A stretch of 64,000 bases of DNA from Bacillota bacterium (GTDB lineage: Bacteria; Bacillota; Clostridia; Christensenellales; CAG-138): positions 89,413-153,412 of the forward strand of contig JBCFAY010000004.1 of the NCBI GenBank assembly GCA_038562375.1, given 5' to 3'. A program made the position numbers and the translations under genes. The notes under the pieces were generated by a model. That model did not search any database and was not told the DNA's origin. It saw only the letters and a list, made by a program, of their open reading frames with translations. Below, one piece after another: positions 28,224 to 38,100 of this stretch (the stretch's first letter is position 1; each line of letters opens with the position of its first letter).

Positions 28224-28781
28224 TCAGACGCGCTCCATATATTCGCCCGTCCGCGTATCGACGCGGATGCGGTCGCCCTGATTGACAAAAAGCGGCACGT
28301 TGAGCTTGAATCCGGTCTCAAGCGTTGCGGGTTTGGTCGCGCCGGTCGCCGTGTCGCCCTTGAAACCGGGCTCGGTATCGGCGATCTCGAGTTCCACGAA
28401 GTTCGGCGCTTCCACGGAGAAGGCCTTGCCCTTAAAGAACCGGATATTGACGTTTTGATTTTCAACGATGAAGTTGATCGCGTCTTCCACCTCGCTGTGG
28501 TTCAGCGGAAGCTGTTCGTAATTCTCGGTATCCATGAAGTAATAAAGCTCGCCGTCGGAATACAGATATTGCATCTGCTTGGTCTCGATATGCGCCTTAG
28601 GATACTTATCGGTCGGGTTAAAGGTGCGTTCAAGCACGGCGCCGGTCATCACGTTCTTAAGACGTGTACGCACAAATGCGGCCCCTTTTCCGGGCTTCAC
28701 GTGCTGAAAATCCGAAATGGACCAAACCTGTCCATCGATCTCAACCGTTACGCCCTTTCTGAAATCACCCGCACTAATCAT
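28224..28781 (-). CDS. efp: Elongation factor P
   Basis: 185 aa with the [17 protein letters not shown] loop. Confidence 0.95.
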   Translation of the reverse strand: MISAGDFRKGVTVEIDGQVWSISDFQHVKPGKGAAFVRTRLKNVMTGAVLERTFNPTDKYPKAHIETKQMQYLYSDGELYYFMDTENYEQLPLNHSEVEDAINFIVENQNVNIRFFKGKAFSVEAPNFVELEIADTEPGFKGDTATGATKPATLETGFKLNVPLFVNQGDRIRVDTRTGEYMERV

Positions 28782-28811
28782 TGGTAGTTACCTCCACACG
28801 AATTTCTATGT

Positions 28812-29891
28812 TTATTCAATTATATGCAGTTCTTTGGGCACGCTCACAAGGTTCTGAAAGCCGCTCTGCGTGAGCGCGCAGCAATCCTCGATCCGAACGC
28901 CGCCCTCTTGCGGAAGATAGATCCCCGGTTCGACGGTGATGGTCATCCCGGGCAGGAGCACATCCTCCGAGCGCGGGTTCGCGGTGGGCGCTTCGTGCAC
29001 CTCGAGCCCGAAGCCGTGGCCAAGGCCATGTCCAAAGTATTCGGCGTAACCGTATTTAGCGATCGCGTCCCTCGCGCTCGCGTCAAGCTCCTTGCCGGTC
29101 ATTCCCGGTTTAAGAGCGTCGAGAGCCGCCAGTTGCGCCTCCAACACGATATCGTATACGCTCCGGAGCCTTTTGGACGGCTCGCCGATAGCGATCGTGC
29201 GCGTCATATCCGAACAGTAACCGCCCACGCGGCTTCCAAAATCCAATACCACCAGGTCGCCGTGCCTGAATTTTCGGTCGGACGGCAGCGCGTGGCATTG
29301 CGCCCCGTTTTCGCCGGAGGCGACAATCGTATCAAAGGATAAGGATTCCGCCCCGCCGCGCCTGATCAGGTACTCAAGCTCTATCGCCGCGTCGCGCTCG
29401 CACATGCCCGGCTTGATGCGCTTCAAAAGCTCCGAATACGCAAGCTCCGACACCCTCTGCGCCCGGCGGATAAGCGAGAGCTCGTCCTCCGACTTTATGG
29501 CCCGGATTCCCTTGAGCATACCCGAGGCCGCGCGCCAGTTTACCGGGATATCGCGCCATACATGAAGCATGCTTACGGGAAGCGCCTCGTCTTCGAAGCC
29601 GGTATTGACGCATCGGAAGCGTTCAAGCTGCTGAGCGAGCGCCGCCCGCTCCATGCCCCTGCCCGCCTCGATGATTTCACAATCCGCCAAGCACTGCTGC
29701 CGCGCCTGAAGCACATAGCGAAAATCGGTGATCAGCGCGCATCCGCCCGGCGAGACGATGGTCAGCGAGTTTGAACCCGTAAAGCCGGTGAAATACCTCG
29801 TGTTTACGCGCGACGATATCACAAACGAATCGAGGGAGCTTTCCTCCCTCCCGAGCATCGCCGTAAGCAGCGCGCCGCAGCGAGCGTTCAT
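28812..29891 (-). CDS. Xaa-Pro aminopeptidase/dipeptidase (M24B)
   Basis: Creatinase-like N-terminus plus metal ligands (DFG..GGYCSDMTRT, HGLGHGFGLEVHE, EPG.Y, IED). It sits upstream of efp, as yqhT does in Bacillus. Confidence 0.85.
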   Translation of the reverse strand: MNARCGALLTAMLGREESSLDSFVISSRVNTRYFTGFTGSNSLTIVSPGGCALITDFRYVLQARQQCLADCEIIEAGRGMERAALAQQLERFRCVNTGFEDEALPVSMLHVWRDIPVNWRAASGMLKGIRAIKSEDELSLIRRAQRVSELAYSELLKRIKPGMCERDAAIELEYLIRRGGAESLSFDTIVASGENGAQCHALPSDRKFRHGDLVVLDFGSRVGGYCSDMTRTIAIGEPSKRLRSVYDIVLEAQLAALDALKPGMTGKELDASARDAIAKYGYAEYFGHGLGHGFGLEVHEAPTANPRSEDVLLPGMTITVEPGIYLPQEGGVRIEDCCALTQSGFQNLVSVPKELHIIE

Positions 29892-29975
29892 ACCGAATTC
29901 CTTTCAGCATGCCATGCCGAACCCTAGATCGGCGCAGTCAAACCCATATCAGATAGATTCTACCATAGACCTCCA

Positions 29976-30845
29976 CTATTCAACAAGGTTTTTCTGCCCC
30001 GTTTTGGCCGCCAGATACATTTCAAGCATGGTTTTCGCGTCCTCCGCCATCGTTCCGCGCGACTCGCAGATCACGGTAGGTTCCATATCGCGCTCAAAGA
30101 ACAATTGCGCGAGCGGCTCAAACTCGGGTCCATACTGCTCGTCCACAATGCGGTGATGGCGTTTTTCCCCGCCCTTCGTGAATTCGATGCGGCTGTAGTG
30201 AACGTGGATTTTGTCCGCGCGCTCCTTTCCGATCCCGTTCTCGAGCGCGTCGAGTATTGCGGCATAGTCCTGTTTGGTCTTAATTCCACCGAGCGAGCGG
30301 CTGTGCAGATGTCCAAAATCGATCGTCGGGATCAGACGATCGTCGAGACTGCACAGCTCGATGATCTCCTCAAGGCTCCCGAGCTGATTGAGCTTGCCCA
30401 TCGTTTCGGGGCAAAGCGCGATGTCCCCATACCCCGCCTCATCGACCGCCGCGATGATCCGCATCAGCAGCGATTGGGCGTTAACGAGTGAATCCCTTCG
30501 ATTTTCTCCTGTGGAACCGGGATGAAATACCGCGCGCGTCGCGCCCAGCGCTTTCGCTGCGCGCAGGGAGTCAAGAAAGTATCCGAAATTCTTTTGCCGC
30601 TTTTCCTCTTCGTCCGCCGTGAGATTGATGAAGTAGGGCATGTGCACGCTCAGGCGGATGTCGTATCGATCCGCCTCAAGGCCGATCCGCCTGCCGAGAT
30701 CCTGCTTCAGGCGCACGCCCCTTCCGAAGGAGTACTCGAACGCGTTTAGGCCCATTTCGCTCAGCCACTTGGGCATCTGTACCGTTGACTTATATCCTTG
30801 CTCGTAGAATATGTCGCTATTTCCCGATGGGCCAAATCTTATCAT
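29976..30845 (-). CDS. Xylose-isomerase-like TIM-barrel protein (AP endonuclease family 2 / endonuclease IV-like)
   Basis: 289 aa with FHPG, CPETMG, IDFGH and HVHYS metal-site-like motifs. Confidence 0.65.
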   Translation of the reverse strand: MIRFGPSGNSDIFYEQGYKSTVQMPKWLSEMGLNAFEYSFGRGVRLKQDLGRRIGLEADRYDIRLSVHMPYFINLTADEEEKRQKNFGYFLDSLRAAKALGATRAVFHPGSTGENRRDSLVNAQSLLMRIIAAVDEAGYGDIALCPETMGKLNQLGSLEEIIELCSLDDRLIPTIDFGHLHSRSLGGIKTKQDYAAILDALENGIGKERADKIHVHYSRIEFTKGGEKRHHRIVDEQYGPEFEPLAQLFFERDMEPTVICESRGTMAEDAKTMLEMYLAAKTGQKNLVE

Positions 30846-31554
30846 CCCTGTTTTTTACTCCTTTGTCGGCGTCGTCGAACTCCCGGTTCAGCTTATTGAG
30901 CGCTTTTTTCTCGATGCGCGAGACATACGACCTTGAAATTCCCAGAAGCTTTGCGATCTCGCGCTGGGCCATGCACCTTCCGCCCATGATGCCGTACCGT
31001 AGCTCGACCACAAGGCGCTCCCTGTCCGTAAGCGCGGCGGCGATGATTTTCCTGAGCTGCTCCGAGGCGATGCGGATCTCCACATCGTTTTGCACCTGCT
31101 CCGGGTCGGAGCCCAATACGTCGGAGAGCGAAACCGCGTTCCCGTCGCGATCCGTGCCGATCGGATCGTGCAGCGATACTTCCCCCTGCTGCTTTTTCTC
31201 GGTTCGGATCGACATCAGTATCTCGTTTTCGATGCAGCGCGCGGCATACGTCGCGAGGGCCGTGCCTTTGTTCTTATTATAAGTCGATACCGCTTTTATC
31301 AACCCGATCGTGCCGATGGAAATTACGTCGTCGGCGTCGCGCCCGGCGGCGGTATATTTTTTCGCGATATACGCCACGAGCCGGAGGTTGTGTTCGATCA
31401 GCTTGCACCGCGCCGTTTCGTCTCCCTTTGCGTATTTTTCCAGGCATTCGGCTTCCTCCTGGGGGCTGAGCGGCTCCGGAAACGATATGTTGGTGTTGAC
31501 GTACGCCGCAAAGAAGAACAGGTCCTTAAAAAATTGCCACGCTAAATCCAGCAT
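30817..31554 (-). CDS. sigK: Sporulation sigma factor SigK (pro-sigma-K, uninterrupted)
   Basis: AAYVNTNISFPEPLSPQEE aligns with B. subtilis SYVKNNAFPQPLSSSEE. LIEHNLRLVA, ATYAARCIENEILM and GISRSYVSRIEKKAL are also present. The start at 31554 has a GGAGG SD, and that SD overlaps the track ATG at 31569. Confidence 0.85.
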   Translation of the reverse strand: MLDLAWQFFKDLFFFAAYVNTNISFPEPLSPQEEAECLEKYAKGDETARCKLIEHNLRLVAYIAKKYTAAGRDADDVISIGTIGLIKAVSTYNKNKGTALATYAARCIENEILMSIRTEKKQQGEVSLHDPIGTDRDGNAVSLSDVLGSDPEQVQNDVEIRIASEQLRKIIAAALTDRERLVVELRYGIMGGRCMAQREIAKLLGISRSYVSRIEKKALNKLNREFDDADKGVKNRDDKIWPIGK

Positions 31555-31615
31555 CTGATACGCCTCCATTCCGGTGTATCAGAATATGCCGTTCAGCCGA
31601 AAAACTTGTATGTCC

Positions 31616-32863
31616 CTATCCTATTTCTTTGCGAAGCATATCGAGGGGCTTTAGCTTTTGATCGGTATCGATCCAGACAAGCTGCTTCGGGTGCGGCGCG
31701 CACGAGAGCGGATTATCCTCGGGATCGCGCAGATTGTGAGCGGTTAGGCTCCGCCCGATATCGCCCGGGGAGAGAATTTCAAGCCGGTCCCCGTCGAAGA
31801 AGCGGTTCCTCTGCTCAAGGAGCGCGCGTCCATGCGCTTGGTCGACTTGCCTGACGATGGCCGTAAGCTCCCATCGCTGGATGTAGCTCGCAGACTCCGT
31901 CGCCTGAAGCGGGCTGCCGGAACCCACGGCAAAGCCCGTCGTATAAGGGCGGTGGCTGCAGGTTTCAAGTTCCCGCGCGATCGCGGGATCGAGCGCAAAG
32001 CGCTCGCTTTTCTCCTGCGCGCGGGCAAAGGCGTCCAGCGCCATGCGGTAGGCGTTCACCGCCGTCGCTACGTAATAGACGGATTTCATCCTGCCCTCGA
32101 TCTTGAGGCTCCTTACGCCCGCAGCGATGATCCCGGGCAGGTATTCGATCAGGTTGAGGTCCTTGGAGTTGAGCACAAAAGTGCCCCGCCCGTCCTCCTC
32201 AAGGCGATAGGGAGCGTCCTTGCTGCCCGCTTCGCGCATCTCATAGCCCCAGCGGCAGGGCTGAACGCATTCGCCCTTGTTGGAATCCCTGCCCGAGAGG
32301 TAATTGCTTAGCACACAGCGGCCCGAGTACGCGATGCACATCGCGCCGTGCACGAACATCTCAAGTTCGAGTTCGGGCGGCACCTGTTCGCGCAGCCGCC
32401 GTATTTCGTCGATGCTGAGCTCCCGCGCCAATACGACGCGGCGAACGCCTTGCTCGTACCAGAAGCGCGCCGCCTCGCTGTTGAGGGTATTGGCCTGCGT
32501 GCTAAGGTGCAGCTCCATCCCCGGCGCGAGCCGCTTTGCGCGCGCGATCACGCCGGGATCGGTGACGATCAGCGCGTCGGCTCCCGCCTCGCACGAGGCG
32601 AGTATCACCTCGTCGGCCTCCGTTAGCTGCGCGTCCCGGGCGAACGCGTTGCACGCGACATAAAGCCGCTTGCCATGGGAGTGGACAAAGCGGCATGCGT
32701 CTTTTAGCGTATCGTTTGTGAAATTATCGGCGAGATTCCTAAGGCTCATCTTGGGCAGGCCGACGTAGACCGCGTCTGCTCCGAAATGAACCGCGGCCTC
32801 GAGCCGCTCCCGATTTCCTGCCGGAGCCAGAAGCTCCGGCAGGGTGGCCCCGTTCGACGTCAC
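31616..32863 (-). CDS. U32-family protein (YrrO/TrhP-RlhA-like RNA hydroxylation factor; 'collagenase-like peptidase')
   Basis: ELLAPAGN...GADAVYVG N-terminus and the Cys-rich central motif SGRCVLSNY...ECVQPCR. Confidence 0.85.
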   Translation of the reverse strand: MTSNGATLPELLAPAGNRERLEAAVHFGADAVYVGLPKMSLRNLADNFTNDTLKDACRFVHSHGKRLYVACNAFARDAQLTEADEVILASCEAGADALIVTDPGVIARAKRLAPGMELHLSTQANTLNSEAARFWYEQGVRRVVLARELSIDEIRRLREQVPPELELEMFVHGAMCIAYSGRCVLSNYLSGRDSNKGECVQPCRWGYEMREAGSKDAPYRLEEDGRGTFVLNSKDLNLIEYLPGIIAAGVRSLKIEGRMKSVYYVATAVNAYRMALDAFARAQEKSERFALDPAIARELETCSHRPYTTGFAVGSGSPLQATESASYIQRWELTAIVRQVDQAHGRALLEQRNRFFDGDRLEILSPGDIGRSLTAHNLRDPEDNPLSCAPHPKQLVWIDTDQKLKPLDMLRKEIG

Positions 32864-32869
32864 TTACAA

Positions 32870-34018
32870 TTAACTCCAGGTGCTCTTGTATTTTTCCACG
32901 TTCTTTTCGTGTTCTTTGAGCGTCTTTGCGTACACGAGCTCGCCGGTTTTCGGGTCCTTGAGGCAGAAGTAGTAGTATCCCTGCTCCATATATTCCGTAT
33001 CCGGATACAGCGCGGCTTCGATCGCGGCTTTCCCCGGGTTTGAGATCGGGCCGAGCGGCAGTCCCTTGTGCAGGCGGGTGTTGTAAAGGGATGGATTCTT
33101 AAGCTGCTCGTCGGTAAAGAGCAGCGTTTTTTCCTTATAGATATACTGGATGCCGGCGTCCGAGCCGAGCGTGTCGCCCTTGTTGAGCCTGTTGTGGAAC
33201 ACCGCGGACACCTTCTTGAAGTCTGGCGTTTTGGCTTCCTTTTCGATCATGGACGCGAGCGCGATCACATCGTCGATCGTCATGTTCAGCGTCTGCGCGC
33301 GCTCGATGTAATCATCGGTGAAAACCTCATGGAAGCGCAGCAGCAGCTTCGTGATGACGGTCTCGGCGGACGAACCCTCGAACACGTCGTACGTATCCGG
33401 GAAGAGGTACCCTTCGAGCTCGTAATCCCTTGCCTGCTCGGGATTGACGGGAATCTCCTTGACGAAGGAAAACGTCTCAAATTCCGCCGCATCCTTGCAA
33501 AGCGCCAAAACCTCCGCGGTGTCGGTCAAAACTCCGGCTTTTACCAGCGTGTTTGCGATATCCTCCACGGTGCTGCCCTCGGTGATGGTGAAACGGAGTG
33601 TGCGCTTCGCCGGATTGCCCTTGCACAGCTCGTCCACGATCTGCGGGATATCCATGTTTTTAGAGAGCACGTAGGTGCCGGCCTTAAGCTTGCTCGCCTT
33701 GCCGACGAAATCGACGTAGATCTTGAATACCGCCTTGTTGGCGATAAGGCCCTCCTGCCCTTCGCCGCAGGCTTCGTAGAGCACTTTCGCGATCGTGGCG
33801 GCCGAGGAAGCGTTCTCGATCACAACGGTGACCGGCGTCGGATCGTTGATGTCCACAGGCAGAATATATTCGTTGAACACATAATGGATCGCAACCACAA
33901 AACACCCGACCACCAGCGCCGCGCTGATCAGGAATATCGCGATCGGCCGAATAAAAAGCCACGTGCTGCTGTGAAAAAAACCGGTGCGGCCGTCCCAGTC
34001 CTGAGCGTCGCGCTTCAT
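32870..34018 (-). CDS. mltG: Endolytic murein transglycosylase MltG (YceG-like)
   Basis: TM helix plus the YceG domain (ASMIEKEA, VFHNRL, LGSDAGIQY, YNTRLHKGLPLGPISNPG). Start at 34018 with an AAGGAG SD. Confidence 0.9.
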   Translation of the reverse strand: MKRDAQDWDGRTGFFHSSTWLFIRPIAIFLISAALVVGCFVVAIHYVFNEYILPVDINDPTPVTVVIENASSAATIAKVLYEACGEGQEGLIANKAVFKIYVDFVGKASKLKAGTYVLSKNMDIPQIVDELCKGNPAKRTLRFTITEGSTVEDIANTLVKAGVLTDTAEVLALCKDAAEFETFSFVKEIPVNPEQARDYELEGYLFPDTYDVFEGSSAETVITKLLLRFHEVFTDDYIERAQTLNMTIDDVIALASMIEKEAKTPDFKKVSAVFHNRLNKGDTLGSDAGIQYIYKEKTLLFTDEQLKNPSLYNTRLHKGLPLGPISNPGKAAIEAALYPDTEYMEQGYYYFCLKDPKTGELVYAKTLKEHEKNVEKYKSTWS

Positions 34019-34031
34019 TAAGAAATCTCCT

Positions 34032-34376
34032 TTATTCGTCCGAGAGCATACTCGTGTCCAAATCGATCGCGTCCGCGAGTATCTTATACACGTCCCCAAG
34101 CATACGGTGCAGGCGCAGTTCGGCCATCAGGTATGCCGAGGCCTGTTGATTGAATTGCAGAAGCTCGCTGATTTTTTGCATCCGCTCGAGCGCCTCCTCG
34201 TCCTTCTGACCCGATACCATCGCCGCCTGCGCGCGCAGCTGAAGCTGATGAAGCTCGCCGATCAAAGAACGGGTCGTTTCGTTTTCCATGGCGGCGGCAC
34301 GGGTAGCCTTGTAGGTCTGATACTCCTCGCTGTGCGAAAGCTCCCTCGCAAGCTCGTTCGCCTTGTCGTAAACCAT
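34032..34376 (-). CDS. YlbF/YmcA-family regulatory protein
   Basis: 114-aa helical protein with the pattern A.EL...L..SEEY..YK.....ENE......EL. Confidence 0.7.
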   Translation of the reverse strand: MVYDKANELARELSHSEEYQTYKATRAAAMENETTRSLIGELHQLQLRAQAAMVSGQKDEEALERMQKISELLQFNQQASAYLMAELRLHRMLGDVYKILADAIDLDTSMLSDE

Positions 34377-34662
34377 GCGAATTCCCCTTTCTTAGAACCT
34401 GTATGCATAGAACAAAACACCATATCGGCTGCTGTTTTTCCGCCATACTGCGTTAATACTAATCCGCATTCAATTCATTTCCTTAGGGCGGATTATGCAG
34501 ATACTATTTTCCTTAGCCGCGGACAAATAATTGTCCGCGTTTTATAATTGAGAATAGTATTTTTTTCTTGCAATACGCTCCGTGTATTGCTGCGAAAGCT
34601 TGCCTTGTCCGGCGCAAAAACAGCTCGGCGCTCCGGCATTTTTTATCTGTGCACGCAGGTTC

Positions 34663-36315
34663 TTAAACCTCCATGATGATCGGAAGGATCATCGGGTTTC
34701 TCTTGGTCTTGTTGTAAAGATAATCCCTCAGCATCGTCCGGATACCGGTCTTGATCGACGAATAGTCGGATTTCGTGCCGCTTGAAAACTTCTGCGCCAT
34801 CTCGCGCACCATGTCCCTCGCGTCGTTTAAAAGCTCCTCCGAATCGCGCACATAGACGAATCCGCGCGAGATGAGCTCCGGCTCCGCGAGGAGCTTGCCC
34901 GTCTTCTTCTCGAGCGCGATGACGACGGCGACGAGCCCGTCCTCCGAAAGCAGCTTGCGGTCCCTTAAAACCACGTTGCCGATGTCCCCGACGCCAAGCC
35001 CGTCGATCATCACGCTGCCGCAGGGCACGGAACCGTTGATCTTCCCGCCGTTGCGCGTGAGCTCCACGACGTCGCCGATATCCGCGACGAATATATTCTC
35101 CGAGTGGACGCCCATCTCGGTCGCAAGATGCCCGTGCTGATACAGATGGCGGTATTCGCCGTGCACGGGGATAAAGAACTTGGGCTTTGTCAGCGCGAAC
35201 ATCAGCCTTAATTCTTCTTGCCGCGCATGGCCGGACACGTGTACGTCCGCCATGGAGTCATAGACGACCTCCGCGCCTTTTTGGCAGAGCTGATTGATCA
35301 CGCGGCCGACGCCGCGCTCGTTGCCCGGAATGGCGGACGCGGAGATGATTACGGTATCCCCCTTGCCGATATCGAGCTTGTGGGAGGAGTTCGCCATGCG
35401 GAACAGGCCGCTCATCGGCTCGCCCTGGCTGCCGGTGGTGATGACGCAGATCTTATCGTTGTCGTACCTGCGGAGCTTTTCGACCTCGACGATCGAATCG
35501 TCCGGAATGTTCAGGTACCCGAGCTCGCGCGCCATATTGGCGATCGTGACCATGCTCCTGCCCTGGAAGCAGATCACGCGGCCGAACGATATGGCGACGT
35601 CCGCGACCTGCTGGATGCGGTAGATGTTCGAGGCGAACGAGGCGACGATGACGCGCCCTTTTGCGATATCGAAATAGTGTTCGAACGTCTTGCCGATCAT
35701 CCGTTCGGACTGGGTATAGCCCGGCCGCTCGACGTTTGTGCTGTCGCTCATGAGCGCGAGCACGCCCTTTGAGCCGTAGTACGCAAAGCGCGTCAGGTCG
35801 ATCGGCTCGCCGTCGATCGGGGTATAGTCGACCTTAAAATCACCCGTATGGATGATCGGGCCGATCGGCGTCGTGATCGCGAGAGCCACCGCGCCCGCGA
35901 TCGAATGGCTGGATTTGATGAACTCGACTGTGAAACAGCCCAGATGGAGGATGTCCCCGGGGCTGATGCAGTTGAGCGTCGCGTCCTTGACGTTCTGCTC
36001 CGTCAACTTGTGCTCGATGAGCGCTACCGTCAGCTTTGTGCCGAACACCGGCGTTTTGAACTTCTTAAGGGCAAACGGCAGCGCGCCGATATGGTCTTCA
36101 TGGCCGTGCGTGATCAAAAAGCCGCGGATGCGATCGCTGTTTTTTTCAAGGTATGTCATATCCGGTATCACAAGGTCGATGCCGAGCATCTCCTCGTCCG
36201 GAAAACTCAACCCGCAGTCCACAACGATGATATCCTTGCCGTACTCTATGACGGTCATGTTTTTGCCGATTTCCCCGACGCCGCCCAGAGGTATAATTTT
36301 TAGTTTTGATGCCAA
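34663..36315 (-). CDS. rnj: Ribonuclease J
   Basis: KLKIIPLGGVGEIGKN, HGHEDHIG, and beta-CASP plus C-terminal domains. I propose the TTG start at 36315 (AGAGAGG SD), because the track's extra 25 N-terminal residues look non-native. Confidence 0.9.
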   Translation of the reverse strand: MASKLKIIPLGGVGEIGKNMTVIEYGKDIIVVDCGLSFPDEEMLGIDLVIPDMTYLEKNSDRIRGFLITHGHEDHIGALPFALKKFKTPVFGTKLTVALIEHKLTEQNVKDATLNCISPGDILHLGCFTVEFIKSSHSIAGAVALAITTPIGPIIHTGDFKVDYTPIDGEPIDLTRFAYYGSKGVLALMSDSTNVERPGYTQSERMIGKTFEHYFDIAKGRVIVASFASNIYRIQQVADVAISFGRVICFQGRSMVTIANMARELGYLNIPDDSIVEVEKLRRYDNDKICVITTGSQGEPMSGLFRMANSSHKLDIGKGDTVIISASAIPGNERGVGRVINQLCQKGAEVVYDSMADVHVSGHARQEELRLMFALTKPKFFIPVHGEYRHLYQHGHLATEMGVHSENIFVADIGDVVELTRNGGKINGSVPCGSVMIDGLGVGDIGNVVLRDRKLLSEDGLVAVVIALEKKTGKLLAEPELISRGFVYVRDSEELLNDARDMVREMAQKFSSGTKSDYSSIKTGIRTMLRDYLYNKTKRNPMILPIIMEV

Positions 36316-36408
36316 ATGCAATCCTCTCTTTCTCTGTTGACAAATACCTTTCGGTAAAAGCATCGCCCAAATCATCCAGCGATGCATCAATTCATCATGA
36401 TTGCTATT

Positions 36409-36437
36409 ATTATACCCTTTCGCCTATTTAATAACAA
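36409..36437 (-). promoter_or_regulatory. SigA-type promoter of rnj
   Basis: Minus strand reads TTGTTA, 17 nt, TATAAT. Confidence 0.5.
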
Positions 36438-36573
36438 GATCAAAGGTAAAGCGCGGCTTTTTCGGTTTTTCTAATGTTGCGATTGTATGACGCGCTGATG
36501 TATAATAAACGAAAGGTACCGGGAATCAATGCCTTTACTTTTACGAAAATCTTACACGCGCAAGGAGAAAACA

Positions 36574-38100
36574 ATGGGCAACCAATCGGGTACACGCAGA
36601 GCAGCGCATTCCGGAAATGCGGCGGGAGGCGATTTCGGCGGATTCACCAGACGCGGGAGAAAAGCGCCCCACTTGCTCGGTTTTATACGGATTGCCTTTC
36701 TGGGCCTGTGCGCGCTGCTGGTCGTCCTTTGCGTTCTGTTGCTTACGGTGCAGCCCGCGCAGAGCAGCATGGTCGCGTACGTGGATGACGGCACTTTCTT
36801 TGAAGGCATTACCGTCAACGGCATAGATATTTCAGGCATGAGCTTTGACCAGGCAAAAGCCGCGCTGCTTCCGCAGGTCGAACAGCAGCTTAACAGCGCC
36901 GCCATCACCGTGGTTCACGGGCAGATGTCTTGGGTGTTTACGGGGCTGGATCTCAAGCTATCCTCAACCATCGACGATACACTCCTCCAAGCGATGTCGG
37001 TCGGCCGCGACAATACGCTGGTAAATAATCTCTCGGAGCAGCAGCGCGTCAAGGAGGAAGGACAGGCGTTCACCGTCTCTTTCGTTCCCGACGACGCAGC
37101 CTTAACCAAGTGCCTCCAGAGCATCGCCGACGAGATCGATACCGATCCGGTCGAGCCTTACGCGCAGGCCGATACGAGCGTCAAGGAGCCGACGTTCCAG
37201 TACTACGCAGGAACCGACGGATATCAGCTGGACGCACAGGCGCTCGCACAGGAGATCAAGACCAGCATCGCGGGCGGGAATACCAATTCATCCTTCGATC
37301 CGGTGCTGATCGCCGTCAAGCCGCAACACGACGTCGAGTGGGTCAAAGCCAACGCCGTCCAGCGCTCGGTGTTCACGACCTCCTTCAACTCAAGCACGGG
37401 GAAAGCGCCCGGGCGTGTACGGAACATCCAAAAGGCAAGCGAAATATTAAACGGCGCCAGCGTGAACGCAGGCGAAGAGTTCTCCTTCAACGGCTATATC
37501 GGCCCGCGCACGGAAAAGGGCGGCTGGGCGCTCGCCCCTGGCATCATCAACGGAAGCGAGTATGAAATGCAGGCCGGCGGCGGGATCTGCCAGGTTTCCA
37601 CGACGCTCTACAACGCGCTTTTGTGCTCCGGCCCCGAGGTCAAAATCACCACGCGCAAGAAGCACAGCTGGCCGTCCTCGTATGTGGATTACAGCCTCGA
37701 CGCGACCGTTTCGACAGACGGCCCCGACCTCGCGTTCATCAACGAAAGTGTATCGCCGATCTATCTCTTCGCCTATGCGGACGTTTCGAACTATACGATG
37801 ACGGTCTACATCTACGGAGCGCCGCTTCCCGAGGGAGTAACCTACAAGACGCGCGGAGTCACGGAAAAGGTCCTCGAACCCAAGGAAACGATCACCATCG
37901 AGGAGCCGCTGTGGCCGACCGGATATAAGGAAACGGTGATTCAATCGCGCAAGGGCTATGTGGCGACCGCTTATCGCGACAAGCTGGTCAACGGCGAGGT
38001 CATGGGATCGGAAAAACTCTATACGGACACCTACGACGCCGTGCAGGGGCAGATCAAGGTCGGAACCGGCCCGGCCACGCTGCCAAAGCCCGCGTCGTGA
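36574..38100 (+). CDS. VanW-family protein (TM anchor, PG_binding_4-like, VanW and G5 domains)
   Basis: Start at MGNQSG after an AAGGAG SD. GGGICQVSTTLYNA VanW core and a C-terminal G5-like region. Confidence 0.8.
   Translation: MGNQSGTRRAAHSGNAAGGDFGGFTRRGRKAPHLLGFIRIAFLGLCALLVVLCVLLLTVQPAQSSMVAYVDDGTFFEGITVNGIDISGMSFDQAKAALLPQVEQQLNSAAITVVHGQMSWVFTGLDLKLSSTIDDTLLQAMSVGRDNTLVNNLSEQQRVKEEGQAFTVSFVPDDAALTKCLQSIADEIDTDPVEPYAQADTSVKEPTFQYYAGTDGYQLDAQALAQEIKTSIAGGNTNSSFDPVLIAVKPQHDVEWVKANAVQRSVFTTSFNSSTGKAPGRVRNIQKASEILNGASVNAGEEFSFNGYIGPRTEKGGWALAPGIINGSEYEMQAGGGICQVSTTLYNALLCSGPEVKITTRKKHSWPSSYVDYSLDATVSTDGPDLAFINESVSPIYLFAYADVSNYTMTVYIYGAPLPEGVTYKTRGVTEKVLEPKETITIEEPLWPTGYKETVIQSRKGYVATAYRDKLVNGEVMGSEKLYTDTYDAVQGQIKVGTGPATLPKPAS

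Noticed and set aside
28190-28465. The N-terminal 92 residues of the 221-aa track ORF 27800-28465.
   Set aside because: The extension is Arg/Ser/Pro-rich and overlaps the efp 3' end. The acidic Zn-ribbon protein starts naturally at the ATG at 28189, which has an SD.
30817-31569. A skin-like intervening element or truncation in sigK.
   Set aside because: The ORF aligns end to end with full-length pro-sigma-K, with regions 2 to 4 all present. There is no recombinase gene nearby.
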